Source: the human T2T-CHM13v2.0 reference genome, Homo sapiens
Direction: 5' to 3' (one strand)
Assembly: GCF_009914755.1 (NCBI RefSeq)
Contig: NC_060948.1
Length of the DNA stretch: 64,000 bases
The notes under the pieces: model-generated
What the model was told of the DNA's origin: nothing
Databases searched by the model: none
What the model saw: only the letters and a program-made list of their open reading frames with translations
Shown: positions 51,738-64,000 of the stretch, one piece after another
Layout of the letters: each line of letters opens with the position of its first letter
Position numbering within the stretch: position 1 is the stretch's first letter
Position numbers and translations under genes: made by a program

Positions 51738-52102
51738 GTAAGTCATGTTCTATAATTTTAAAAATCTGATGATGGAAAAAAAGATTTGATCTTTGTCAGG
51801 AAACTGGCCTTTTCAAGTAACCCACTTAGGCTGCACAGCTTACGTTTCAGACTGCGTTTTCTCATAAGAACTGTGTCTGTCAACTCCCTTGGCAGGCAAG
51901 TCTTCACAGCGAGTTGAATGGGTATTTAGGAACACAACTTACAATAGTTATTTGTAGAATATTGTGAAGGCAAATTGTTTTCATGTTTTCCCTCTTAGTG
52001 TTCATAGTTGATTTCATCAGGGAACCATAAAGATAGCAAAGAAGCAGCCTACATAAGGGAAAACTAATTAAAATTTAATCTGAAATGTTTCCATCTATAT
52101 TC

Positions 52103-55100
52103 TTTTTGTTTAATTATATTTTAAGTTTTAAGGTACATGTGCACAACGTGCAGGTTAGTTACATATGTATACATGTGCCATGTTGGTGTGCTGCACCCAG
52201 TAACTGGTCATTTAACATTAGATATATCTCCAAATGCTATCTCTCCGCCTCCCCCACCCCATAACACGCCCCGGTGTGTGATGTTCCCCTTCCTGTGTCC
52301 AGGTGTTCTCATTGTTCAATTCCCACCTATGAGTGAGAACATGCGCTATTTGGATTTTTGTCCTTGTTATAATGTGCTGAAAATGATGGTTTCCAGCTTC
52401 ATCTATGTCCCTACAAAGGAAATAATCTCATCATTTCTTATGGCTGCATAATATTCCATGCTGTATATGTTCCACATTTTCTTAATCCAGTCTATCATTG
52501 TTGGACATTTGGGTTGGTTCCAAGTCTTTGCTATTGTGAATAGTGCTGCAATAAACATACGTGTGCATGTGTCTTTATAGCAGCATGATTTATAATCCTT
52601 TGGGTATATACCCAGTAATGGGATGGCTGGGTCAAACGGTATTTCTAGTTCTAGATCCCTGAGGAATTGCCACACTGACTTCCACAATGGTTGAACGCGT
52701 TTACCGTCCCACCAACAGAGTAAAAGTGTTCCTATTTCTCCACATCCTCTCCAGCACCTGTTGTTTCCTGACTTCTTAATGATCACCATTCTAACTGGTG
52801 TGAGATGGTATCTCACTGTGGTTTTGATTTGCATTTCTCTGATGGCCAGTGATGGTGAGCATTTTTTCATGTGCTTTTTGGCTGTATAAATGTCTTCTTT
52901 TGAGAAGTGTCTGTTCATGTCCTTCACCCACTTTTTGATGGGGTTGTTGGTTTTCTTCTTGTAAATTTGTTTGAGTTCATTGTAGATTCTGGATATTAGC
53001 CCTTTGTCAGATGAGTAGATGGCAAAAATTTTCTCCCATTCTGTAGGTTGCCTGTTCACTCTGATGGAAGTTTCTTTTGCTGTGCAGAAGCTCTTTTGTT
53101 TAATTAGATCCCTTTTGTCAATTTTGACTTTTGTTACCATTGCTTTTGTTGTTTTAGACATGAAGTCCTTGCCCATGCCAATGTCCTGAATGTTATTGCC
53201 TAGGTTTTCTTCTAGGGTTTTTTATGGTTTTAGGTCTATAATTTAAGTATTTAATCCATATTGAATTAATTTTTGTATAAGATGTAACGAAGGGATCCAG
53301 TCTCAGCTTTCTACATATTGCTGGCCAGTTTTCCCAGCACCACTTCTTAAAAAGGGAATCATTTCCCCATTTCTTGTTTTTGTTAAAAAAACAAAACAAG
53401 GTTTTGGTTGTTTTGTTTTTGTTAAAAAAGCAAAACAGGTTTGTCAAATTTCAGATGGTTGTAGACATGCAGCATTATTTCTGAGGTCTGTGTTCTGTTC
53501 CATTGGTCTATATCTCTGTTTTGGTACCAGTACCATGCTGTTTTGGTTACTGTAGCCTTATAGAATAGTTTGAAGTCAGGTAGCGTGATGCCTCCAGCTT
53601 TGTTCTTTGGGTTTAGGATTGACTTGGCAATGCGGGCTATTTTTGGTTCCATATGACCTTTAAAGTAGTTTTTTCCAATTTTGTGAAAAAAGTCATAGGT
53701 AGCTTGATGTGGATGGCATTGAATCTACAAATTACTTTAGGCAGTATGGCCATTTTCACGATGTTGATTCTTCCTACCCATGAGCAAGGGATGGTCTTCC
53801 ATTTGGTTGTATTCTCTTTTATTTCATTATGCAGTGGTTTGTAGTTCTCCTTGAAGAGGCCCTTCACATCCCTTGTAAGTTGGATTCCTAGGTATTTTAT
53901 TCTCTTTGAAGTAATTGTGAATGGGAGTTCACTCATCATTTGGCTCTCTGTTTGTCTGTTATTGGTGTATAAGAATGCTTGTGATTTTTGCACACTGATT
54001 TTGTATCCTGAGACTTTGCCGAAGTTGCCTATCATCTTAAGAAGATTTTTGGCTGAGACGATGGGGTTTTCTAGATGTACAATCATGTCATCTGCAAACA
54101 GGGACAATTTGACTTCCTCTTTTCCTAATTGAATACCCTTTATTTCCTTCTCCTGCCTAATTGCCCTGGCCAGAACTTCCAACACTATGTTGAATAGGAG
54201 TGGTGAAAGAGGGCATGCCTGTCTTGTGCCAGTTTTCAAAGGGAATGCTTCCAGTTTTTGCCCACTCACTATGATATTGCCTGTGGGTTTGTCATAAATA
54301 GTTCTTATTATTTTGAGATCTGTCCCATCAATACCTAATTTATTGAGAGTTTTTAGCATTAAGCATTGCTGAATTTTGTCAAAGGCCTTTTCTGCATCTA
54401 TTGTGATAATCATATGTTTTTTGTCTTTGGTTCTGTTTATATGCTGGATTATGTCTATTGTTTTGCGTATGTTGAAGCAGCCTTGCATTCCAGGGATGAT
54501 GCCCACTTGATCATGGTAGATAAGCTTTTTGATGTGCTGCTGGAATTGGTTTGCCAGTATTTTATTGAGGACTTTTGCATCAATATTCATCAAGGATACT
54601 GGTCTAAAATTCTCTTTTTTTGTTGTGTCTCTGCCAGGCTTTGGTATCAGGATGATGCTGACCTCATAAAATGAATTGGGGAGGATTCCCTCTTTTTCTA
54701 TTGATTGGAATAATTTCAGAAGGAATGGTATCAGCTCTTCCTTGTACGTCTGGTAGAATTACACTGTGAATCCATCTGGTCCTGTACTTTTCTTGGTTGG
54801 TAAGCTGTTAATTATTGCCTCAATTTCAGAGCCTGTTTTTGGTCTATTCAGAGATTCAGCTTCTCCCTGGTTTAGTCTTGGGAGGGTGTATGTGTCAAGG
54901 AATTTATCCATTTCTTCTAGATTTTCTAGTTTATTTGCGTAGACATGTTTATAGTATTCTCTAATGGTAGTTCATATTTCTGTGGGATCAGTGGTGATAT
55001 CCCCTTTATCATTTTTTATTGTGTCTATTTGGTTCTTCTCTCTTTTCTTCTTTATTAATCTTGCTAGCAGTCTATCGATTTTGTTGATCTTTTCAAAAAA

Positions 55101-58100
55101 CCAGCTCCTGTATTCATTGATTTTTCGAAGGGTTTTCTCTGTCTCTATTTCCTTCAGTTCTGCTCCGATCTTAGTTATTTCTTGCCTTCTGCTGGCTTTT
55201 GAATGTGTTTGCTCTTGTTTCTCTAGTTCTTTTAATTGTGATGTTAGGGTGTCAATTGTAGATGTTTCCTGCTTTCTCTTTTGGGCATTCAGTGCTATAA
55301 ATTTCCCTCTACACACTGCTATGAATGTGTCCCAGAGATTCTGGTATGTTGTGTCTTTTTTCTCATCAGTTTCAAAGAACATCTTTATTTCTGCCTTCAT
55401 TTTGTTATGTACCCAGTAGTCATTCAGGAGCAGGTTTTTCAGTTTCCATGTAGTTGAGCAGTTCTGAGTGAGTTTCTTAATCCTGAGTTCTAGTTTGATT
55501 GCACTGTGGTCTGAGAGAAAGTTTGTTATAATTTCTGTTGTTTCACATTTGCTGAGGGGTGCTTTACTTCCAACTATGTGGTCAATTTTTGAATAAGTGC
55601 AATGTGGTGCTGAGAAGAATGTATACTCTGTTGATTTGGTGTGGAGAGTTCTGTAGAGGTCTATTAGGTCTGCTTGGTGCAGAGCTGAGTTCAATTCCTA
55701 GATATTCTTGTTAACTTTCTGACTTTTTGATCTGTCTTGTGTTGACAGTGGGGTGTTAAAGTCTCCCATTATTATTGTTTGGGAATCTAAGTCTCTTTGT
55801 AGGTCAGTAAGGACTTGCTTTGTGAATCTGGGTGCTCCTGTATTGGGTGCATATATATTTAGGAGAGTTAGCTCTTTTTGTTGAATTGATCCCTTTACCA
55901 TTATGTAATGGCCTTCTTTTTATCTTTTGATCTTTGTTGGTTTAAAGTCTGTTTTATCAGAGACTAGGATTGCAACATCTGCCTTTTTTTGTTTCTCATT
56001 TGCTTGGTGGATATTCCTCCATCCATTTATTTTGAGCCCATATGTGTTTCTGCATGTGAGATGGGTTTCCTGAATACAGCATACTGATGGGACTTGACTC
56101 TATCCAATTTGCCAGTCTGTGCCTTTGAATTGGAGAATTTAGCCCTTTTACATTTAAGGTTAATATAGTTATGTGTGAATTTGCTCTTGTCATTATGATG
56201 TTAGCTGGTTATTTTGTGCATTAGTTGATGCAGTTTCGTCCTATCCTCAATGGTCTTTACAATTTGGCATGTTTTTTCAGTGGCTGGTACCAGTTGTTCC
56301 TTTCCATGTTTAGTGCCTCCTTGAGGAGCTCTTTTAGGCAGGGCTGGTGGTGACAAAATATCTCAGCATTTGTTTGTCTGTAAAGGATTTTATTTCTCCT
56401 TTACTTATGAAGCTTAGCTTGGCTGGATATGAAATTCTGGGTTGAAAATTCTTTTATTTAAGAGTGTTGAATATTGGCCACCACTCTCTTCTGGCTTGTA
56501 GAGTTTCTGCTGAGAGATCAGCTGTTAATCTGATGGGCTTCCCTTTGTGGGTAACCCAACCTTTCTCTCTGGCTGACCTTAACATTTTTTCTTTCATTTC
56601 CACTTTGGTGAATACGACAATTATGTGCCTTTGAGTTGTTCTTCTTGAGGAGTATGTCTGTGGCGTTCTCTGTATTTTCTGAATTTGAATGTTGGCCTGC
56701 CTTGCTAGATAGGGGAAGTTCTCCTGGATAATATCCTGCAGAGTATTTTCCAATTTAGTTCCATTCTCCCCATCACTTTCAGGTACACCAGTCAGATGTA
56801 GATTTGGTCTTTTCACATAGTCCCACATTTCTTGGAGGCTTTTTTTCATTTCTTTTCATTCTTTTTTTTTTCTAAGCTTCTCTTCTCGCTTCATTTCACT
56901 CATTTGATCTTCCATCACTGATACCCTTTCTTCTAGTTGATTGAATAAGCTACTGAGGCTAGTGCATTCTTCTCGTAGTTCTCATGCATGGTTTTCAGCT
57001 CCATCAGGTCCTTTAAGGACTTCTCTGCTTTGGTTATTCTAGTTAGCCATTCATCTAATTTTTTTCTCAGCACTTTTGATTTCTTTGCCATGGGTCTGAA
57101 CTTCCTCCTTTAGCTTAGATCATCTGAAGCCCTCTTCTCTCAACTCGTCAAAGTCATTCTCTGTCCAGCTTTGTCCCATTGCTGGTGAGGAGCTGTGTTC
57201 CTTTGGAGGAGGAGAGGCACTCTGATTTTTAGAGTTTCCAATTTTTCTGCTCTGTTTTTTCCCCATCTCTGTAGTTTTATTTACCTTTGGTCTTTGATGA
57301 TGGTGATGTACTGATGGGGTTTTGGTATCGATGTCCTTTCTGTTTGTTATTTTTCCTTCTAACAGTCAGGACCCTCAGCTGCAGGTATGTTGGAGTTTGT
57401 TGGAGGTCCAATCCAGACCCTGTTTGCCTGGGTATCAGCAGCGGAGGCTGCAGAACAGTGGATATTGGTGAACAGCAAATGTTGCTGCCTGATCATTCCT
57501 CTGGAAGTTTTGTCTCAGAGGAGTACCTGGCCTTGCGAGGTGTCAGTCTGCACCTACTGGGGGGTGCCTCCCAGTTAGGCTACCCAAGGTTCAGGGAGCC
57601 ACTTGAGGAGGCTGTCTGTCCTTTCTCAGATTTCACGCTGTGTGCTGGGAGAACCGCTACTCTCTTCAAAGCTGTCAGACCGGGACATTTAAGTCTGCAG
57701 AGGATTCTGCTGCTTTTTGTTTGGCAATGCCCTGCCCCTAGAGGTGGAGTCTACGGAGGCAGGCAGGCCTCCTTGATCTGCGGTGGGCTCCCCCCAATTC
57801 AAGCTTCCTGGCCGCTTTGTTTACCTACTCAAGCCTCACAATGGTAGGCGCCCCTCCTCCAGCCTTGCTGCCGCCTTGCAGTTTGATCTCAGACTGCTGT
57901 GCTAGCCATGAGTGAGTCTCCAAGGGTGTAGGACCCTCCGAGCCAGGTGCAGGATATAATCTCCTGGTGTATTGTTTGGTAAGACCATTGGAAAAGCACA
58001 GTATTAGGGTGGGAGTGACACAATTTTCCAGGTGCCGTCTGTCACCCCTTTCTTTGACTAGGAAAGGGAATTTCCTGACCCTTTGCACTTCCTGGGTGAG

Positions 58101-58293
58101 GTAATGCCTTGCCCTGCTGCGGCTTATACTCACTGCACTGCATCCACTGTCCTGCACCCACTTTATGACACTCCCCAGTGAGATGAACCCGGTACGTCAC
58201 TTGGAAATGCAGAAATCACCTGTCTTCTGCGTCACTCACGCTGGGAGCTGTAGACTGGAGCTGTTCCTATTCAGCCATCTTGGCTCCACCCCC
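52103..58293 (-). mobile_element. L1-C: full-length (~6.2 kb) L1PA3/4-like element in TRAPPC2P intron 5; ORFs broken
   Basis: 5' end GGGGGTGGAGCCAAGATGGCTGAATAGG; ORF1 and ORF2 ([13 protein letters not shown]-terminal) peptides in ORF track; candidate TSD TCCATCTATATTC (52090-52102) / TCCATCTACTTTC (58294-58306). Confidence 0.94.
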
Positions 58294-58424
58294 TCCATCT
58301 ACTTTCAAATAAGTTGCTGTGCTATTAATAAAGACCATGAACTGGCAGGAATTGAGTTTTCTATGATCAAATAGTCATTCAAGAAGAATGGTGCCACTTG
58401 TTTGTTTGGTTTGTTCGTTAATTT

Positions 58425-58722
58425 GTGATTTTGTTGTTGCTGTGATTAAGTCTTGCTTTGTTGTCCAGGCCGGGGTGCAATGGCATGATCTTGATTCATT
58501 GCAAAGTTTGCCTCCTGGGCTCAAGTGACTCTCCTGCCTCAGTCTCTGGAGTAGCTGAGACTACAGGCCCCAACACCATGCGTGCTTAATTTTTGTATTT
58601 TTAGTAGAGACGTGGTTTCACCATGTTAGCTAGACAGATCTTGAACTCCTGAACTTAGGTGATTTATCCGCCTCTGCTTTCCAAAGCCCTGAGTGTACAG
58701 GCATGAGCCACGGTGACAGTCC
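58425..58722 (-). mobile_element. AluS
   Basis: AGTCTTGCTTTGTTGTCCAGGC...TAATTTTTGTATTTTTAGTAGAGAC...CAGGCATGAGCCAC. Confidence 0.88.
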
Positions 58723-60887
58723 CAGGTGGTTGATTTTAATGTAACAATCCAAAAACAAATGTCACAGTCAAGATTTTGTAGATAGATTTAAAACTAACAT
58801 ATTCTGCAGTTGGGAATGAAATGTAATAGCACATACCTTCACATTAATTCATTTATACATTTAGAGATGTTATAAAAATGTATAGGCAGTATACACAGTA
58901 GTACTCAAGAAGCCAAGGAAAGATGTGTGCAGTGCTAAGTGTTGCATATAGGCTTCTGCCAGTGGCTAGGAATAGTGGTCCTGCTGATTATTTCCTTTCC
59001 CTCATAGAGTAAATCATTGATATTCATCCTTGCAAAAAGCTGTAAGGCAGTTTTTAGGAGAGTTGTCAAAGAAAAGCCAAGATTACATTAACATTCATAC
59101 TCAGCCTTTTAGATGTGTCAAAGGTCTCTATTTAAATAAGTAAAATTTGACCAGAACATGAATACACACTCACATCAATGTAGGTACTTTGGTCACAGCA
59201 GTTGCTTTATTTGTACTATATATTGGAATTCTCAGTAATGCTTGTTTTGTGGGTGAACGGAAAGTGGAGGAAGTCACAGAACTTTTATAAAATGTTTGGA
59301 ATTGTCCTGGGCATGGTGAATCATGCCTGTAATCTCAGCATTTTTGGAGTCCGAGGTGATACACCAGAGGAGGCTGGGAATGGTCTCCTTGTTCCTATAA
59401 TAAGATCTTACTGTAAAATAGGTAATGTCCATTGAAAATCAAGTTATACAACCTGTTCTAATGGTGAGCACTTGAACAATTTTGTTCCATTCTGAATTAA
59501 CTTTAAGCAAGTAATTCTAAGTTTTGTCTTTTTACCTTGTGTGAAATAACTACCTTCATTTTTACACCATTTATTTGATTTTTAAAATAAAGATGTTTGT
59601 TCAAGGTTGTGGTAGTTTAATATTCATATTTAATGTGCTGCCCATCACATCTGTTTATGTTCTATTTCCCCTATTGGTAGTGTTCAAACTAATATGATGT
59701 CTTAACCTGTTATACAGCACTGATATTGAAACAAACTAAATCCCAGATCTATGGGTGCAGAAAAAGGTAAGACTCATATAGAAATCTAGGAGTAATTTCA
59801 GCAAGCATGTATTTTTTAATACAGTTGTTCCTGCCTTCAATGAGCATATAATCCAGAGGGATATCATCCATCCAAGAGCAGCAGGGTGAGTGACAGCAGG
59901 AAGACATGGCTCAGCTGCTGACAGTGGAACATTGAAAATAGCCTTTTCTCCATGCTAATGAAGGTGAAATAGGAATAGCAATCCATGTCCTGGGTATTTT
60001 GTAGTAAAGTTAAGTGCCAAATTTCATATGTGACAAATTCTTTGAAGGAGCTGCAAGGAAAGTGGAGCATTAAATGTGACCTCCAATGTGGGCTGCAGAG
60101 AAAAGTATTGCAGTCATGAAGGTGTGAAGAAGAGCACTGGGTCACATGGGTAGAACTGTCAGCTGATAGATAGGAGCTGATCATGGGGAAAGATAAGCTG
60201 GCAAAGCTTGGATCTGGTAGGTGATGTCCCTTTAAGGCTCTTTAACATAAGAGCAATGAAATGAAATCAGTCTTAAAATCAGTCCCCTGTTAGAATATGT
60301 ATGTTACCACTAAATTGGTTATCTGCTTTAGTGCTCCAAGAGTGATCCAGAAGAAATGCGGATATGGAGTTTCATCCTCTTGTTATACCTGGAAACTTCC
60401 AGAATACATCCTTTTCCATGGACACAGATATTCTCAATCTCTCTTTTGACCATGCTGTACTTGTGATCTTTATCTTTTCAGTCACTTCAACACTTCCTAG
60501 TTGTCAGTCCAGAGTTCCAGAAAGCACTGACTGTCCAGACACCACCTTTCACTGGGTACCACACTGGTGCGTTTCTCTACTTACCACTTTGCTACTCTAC
60601 CTGACACGTTTATTGTGAGAAAACTTATATGGTGGTGTCATGATACAAAAGTGAAAATTTAGGTTTTTCCAGAAACGTAAATAGTTTTCTTCTAAGATAG
60701 GAAGCAGTAGGAATGTTTTCTCTTCAACTTGGAAACTTTCCCAAAGAATGAAAATTAACAAAGTATTTATTTAATTGGAATGGAATTATAATTTTATATC
60801 CTCTACTCAGCACATTGTAATTGTTACATAAGTTATTAAATGCACATTTGTCTATTCTCCAAGTTCGGTAGTTAGCCTTTTCTATAA

Positions 60888-61244
<357 letters not shown>

Positions 61245-62815
61245 CTAGCTGTATATATGACAGACTGTATGGAGCAACTTCTGTACCACTGGGAACCACC
61301 CTTCCTTCAAACTATGAAGTATCGTCTATGGTTCTTCTGTCCAGGGTGGCTCTGCAGCTGCTTCTCACTGCTCCTGCTGCCACACTCACCACCTGCTTTG
61401 TTCTCCTAGCATTTTCTATTGCATTTTTTATAAAATCTTTCCCAATGGCTACATTGGGTGGGGCCAGGAAGAGAAATGTTTTGATGTAATTTTTCAGAAC
61501 TCCACCCCCTATATGACAGCCACCTCCCCTCACCCAGCATGTCCTTTGATATCCCCATCACTCCCCAGTTGCCGGTCTCATCCACATTCAGTCCAAGCTT
61601 CAGTTAACTTCTGTATAATCAGATAGTCACCAGCTGCATGGAAAATTAACATCCATAAGAGGACACAATTTGCTTTATCAAGTCTGATCTTTGCAGCAAA
61701 TATTTTTTTTAAACAAACACAAAATTCCTTGAGAGAGAATCACTAAATGATGTTCAGTAATAGAGGAGACACTGAGCAAATACATGGGCTAATAAAGACA
61801 TCTTTATTTACCCTCTGACAAAGTACAATCCTTCTTAGTATTTCCTCTAAGAGTGATAAAGTTAGCTTGTGTCTTGTGTTCAAAAGCAATGGCTTAACTT
61901 CAACTAGGAGACTTTCCACAAGAGTGAAGAAAGTAACACAAATATTAGCTATCCCATTAGTGGAATTGTAATTTTGTATCCTCTGAACACATATTATATT
62001 TCTTAAATCAGTTATCAAATGCAGATTTGTCTTTTCTCCAAGTTCAGTAGTTGGTCTTTATCTGAAAACTGAACGTTGTATATGGAAATGCTTTTTATTC
62101 ATGGACAGCTTGAATTTAGCTGGATGTGTGACAGAGTGTATGAGGCAACTCTTGTGCCACTGTTGGCCATCCCTCCTCCTGGGGCTGTGAAACATGACCT
62201 ATGGTGGTATAAGTTTATTAATGACACACAAATGAAGAGTAATTACTAGTAAGAATAATTCTAATACTATGTGGAATGGAAATAAAAAAGGTTAAGTCAT
62301 TTTGAAAAGGATAAATAAGTAAATAAGAATGCATTGGAAATATGTTAGATTCTAATCTTTCATATCCAACATTATTGTCTTAGGAAATCATTTTCTTTCA
62401 CCAAGAATACAATGTTAATTGCACAAAAATCATGTACATAGAAAAATTAGTTTCCCATTTTTCCAGGAAAAAATTTCAAGTATAAATTCTAGAATAGTCA
62501 AGTATCTTATCTTAATTATAATTAAAGTCTTGGTCCTCTCATTTATTAGCTCTCTAATTTGCATGTGTAAATCAAAGAGACTTTTTAGACAACCATTACA
62601 ATTTATAAATGTAAGGTTTCATTATTGAGAAAATATATTCCTCCATGAGTGGATATGTCCCATCTCCCACCAACTAATGACACAGGGCTATACATTTGTT
62701 GAATCTTATTAGTAAGTAATACACTGCTACAAACACTAATTGTCTTCTCCATGTCCATGTTGATTTTGTGTATATGTGTGAATTGGTTAGCATGCATCTG
62801 CCTTATCTCTAACAT

Positions 62816-63388
62816 TCAATAACAAGATGTGCCAGGCTTGGGCTTTTGGTGAAGGTTGACCATGCCTGTGTTCATCAAGTGATCTGACATATCCACAGTC
62901 ACAAGAATTTTTTGAACCCCATCCTCAAAGGCTGCTGCCACATTTGTGGCATCTTTTGCACTTGTTGCAAAGTAAGGGTAGTCACTGTCCTTCCTGCATA
63001 ATGCAGCTGTTCTTCTATAAACACCTGCCTTTCGTTTATGCCAGTCCTGGAATGCAGAACTACAAAAGGAAATCGCTCAGGTTCTTTCCAATTACTTAAG
63101 TTCTGGAAGCTTCCTAAATCATTGATTCTAAAAATAAGCAGAGAACTGTCAGAACCTCTGTAAAATGGTGTCCTCAGGCTTCAGAATCTCTCCTGACCTG
63201 CCATGTCACAAATCTGTATGGTAACAAAATGTCCACCCCTTTCAAATCTTATTTTAAAATTCCACATCTATTGCATGGAACAGCTGAGTGCCAAACTTAA
63301 TAGTTACTTATCTGTTCCTAAGTGAACTCTTCCCAACCCCACCATCTCCAAAGAGAATTACTTTAAAAAGTGATGAATTTCCTGCCAC
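62816..63388 (-). pseudogene. RAB9A: RAB9A pseudogene (single coding exon, unprocessed)
   Basis: VAGNSSLFKVILFGDGGVGKSSLRNR...AGQERF*SLRTPFYRGSD...DYPYFATSAKDATNVAAAFE...VNLHQKPKPGTSCY*. ATG changed to GTG; stops, frameshifts and ~30 bp deletion; acceptor-like TTTTCAAG|GGTTCTTG at ~63415. Confidence 0.96.
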
Positions 63389-63490
63389 TGTTAATTGCAA
63401 GAGCTTCAAGAACCCTTGAAAATAAAAAGGCACCATAACATTCCTTTTTGCCTACCTATTCATCTATATGAGTGTATGAATATCAGCTTT

Positions 63491-63797
63491 ATTTATTTTT
63501 CTTTTTTTTTTTTTTTGAGATGGAGTCTCACTCTGTTACCCAGGCTGGAGTGCAGTGGCATTATCTGGCTCACTGCAAGCTCTGCCTCCCAGGTTCACAC
63601 TATTCTCCTGCCTCAGCCTTCTGATTAGCTGGGACAACAGGAACCTGCCACCACAACTGGCTAATTTTTTTGTATTTTTATCAGAGACGGGGTTTCACAG
63701 TGTTAGCCAGGATGGTCTTGATTTCCTGACCTCGTGATCCACCCGCCTCAGCCTCCCAAAGTGCTGGGATTACAGGCGTGAGTCACCATGCCTGGCC
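63491..63797 (-). mobile_element. AluY with TSD
   Basis: ACTGCAAGCTC, GTGTTAGCCAGGATGG; TSD GAATATCAGC(T/A)TT at 63478-63490 and 63798-63810. Confidence 0.9.
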
Positions 63798-64000
63798 GAA
63801 TATCAGCATTTAACTGAAGTAACACACATAAACCTACAGAATAACTAAAAATAAGACTTGTTGTTTACTGAGCATACAGCCATGTGTGGGCTACTATACT
63901 ACCATGATTCTCTGAAACAACTAAAAAGGGCTCACTCTTCCCCTTTATCAGGTCACAATTGACTGTGAAGCTGGTACTTTAGCTGAAATGTGACATCAAA

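Noticed and set aside
52403-56849. ORFs of 318, 257, 240 and 131 aa on the minus strand
   Set aside because: Disrupted ORF1/ORF2 of L1-C.

Overview
This is human Y-chromosome ampliconic DNA. Two multicopy Y-STRs with the repeat structures of DYF404S1 (6500-6621) and DYF387S1 (29055-29214) place it in one arm of palindrome P1 (AZFc); that placement rests on recalled marker structures, not a search. I see no intact protein-coding gene. The window holds a decayed, intron-containing copy of the Xp22 cluster in X-like layout. An OFD1 pseudogene (minus; exons 1-5 and 7-12 recognised) lies head-to-head with a TRAPPC2/SEDL pseudogene (plus; exons 1, 3, 4, 5, with its U12 AT-AC intron), which lies tail-to-tail with a RAB9A pseudogene (minus). 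There is also a processed ELOC pseudogene, a ~3.1 kb degenerate (TAACCC)n-like tract, four large L1s, an LTR22/HERV-K(HML-5) remnant with a Met-tRNA PBS, an AluYa5 with a perfect TSD, and many older Alus/MERs/MLTs. The long ORFs in the track are L1, Alu or STR read-throughs. The most unusual signals are a 5'UTR-spliced L1 nested in another L1 and apparently collapsed by recombination, private ORF2 variants shared by two inverted L1s, splice-site decay in the TRAPPC2 copy at disease-allele positions, and a ~125 bp element duplicated around OFD1 exon 11. I found no evidence for a new functional system. Gene and repeat identities come from comparison with recalled reference sequences.
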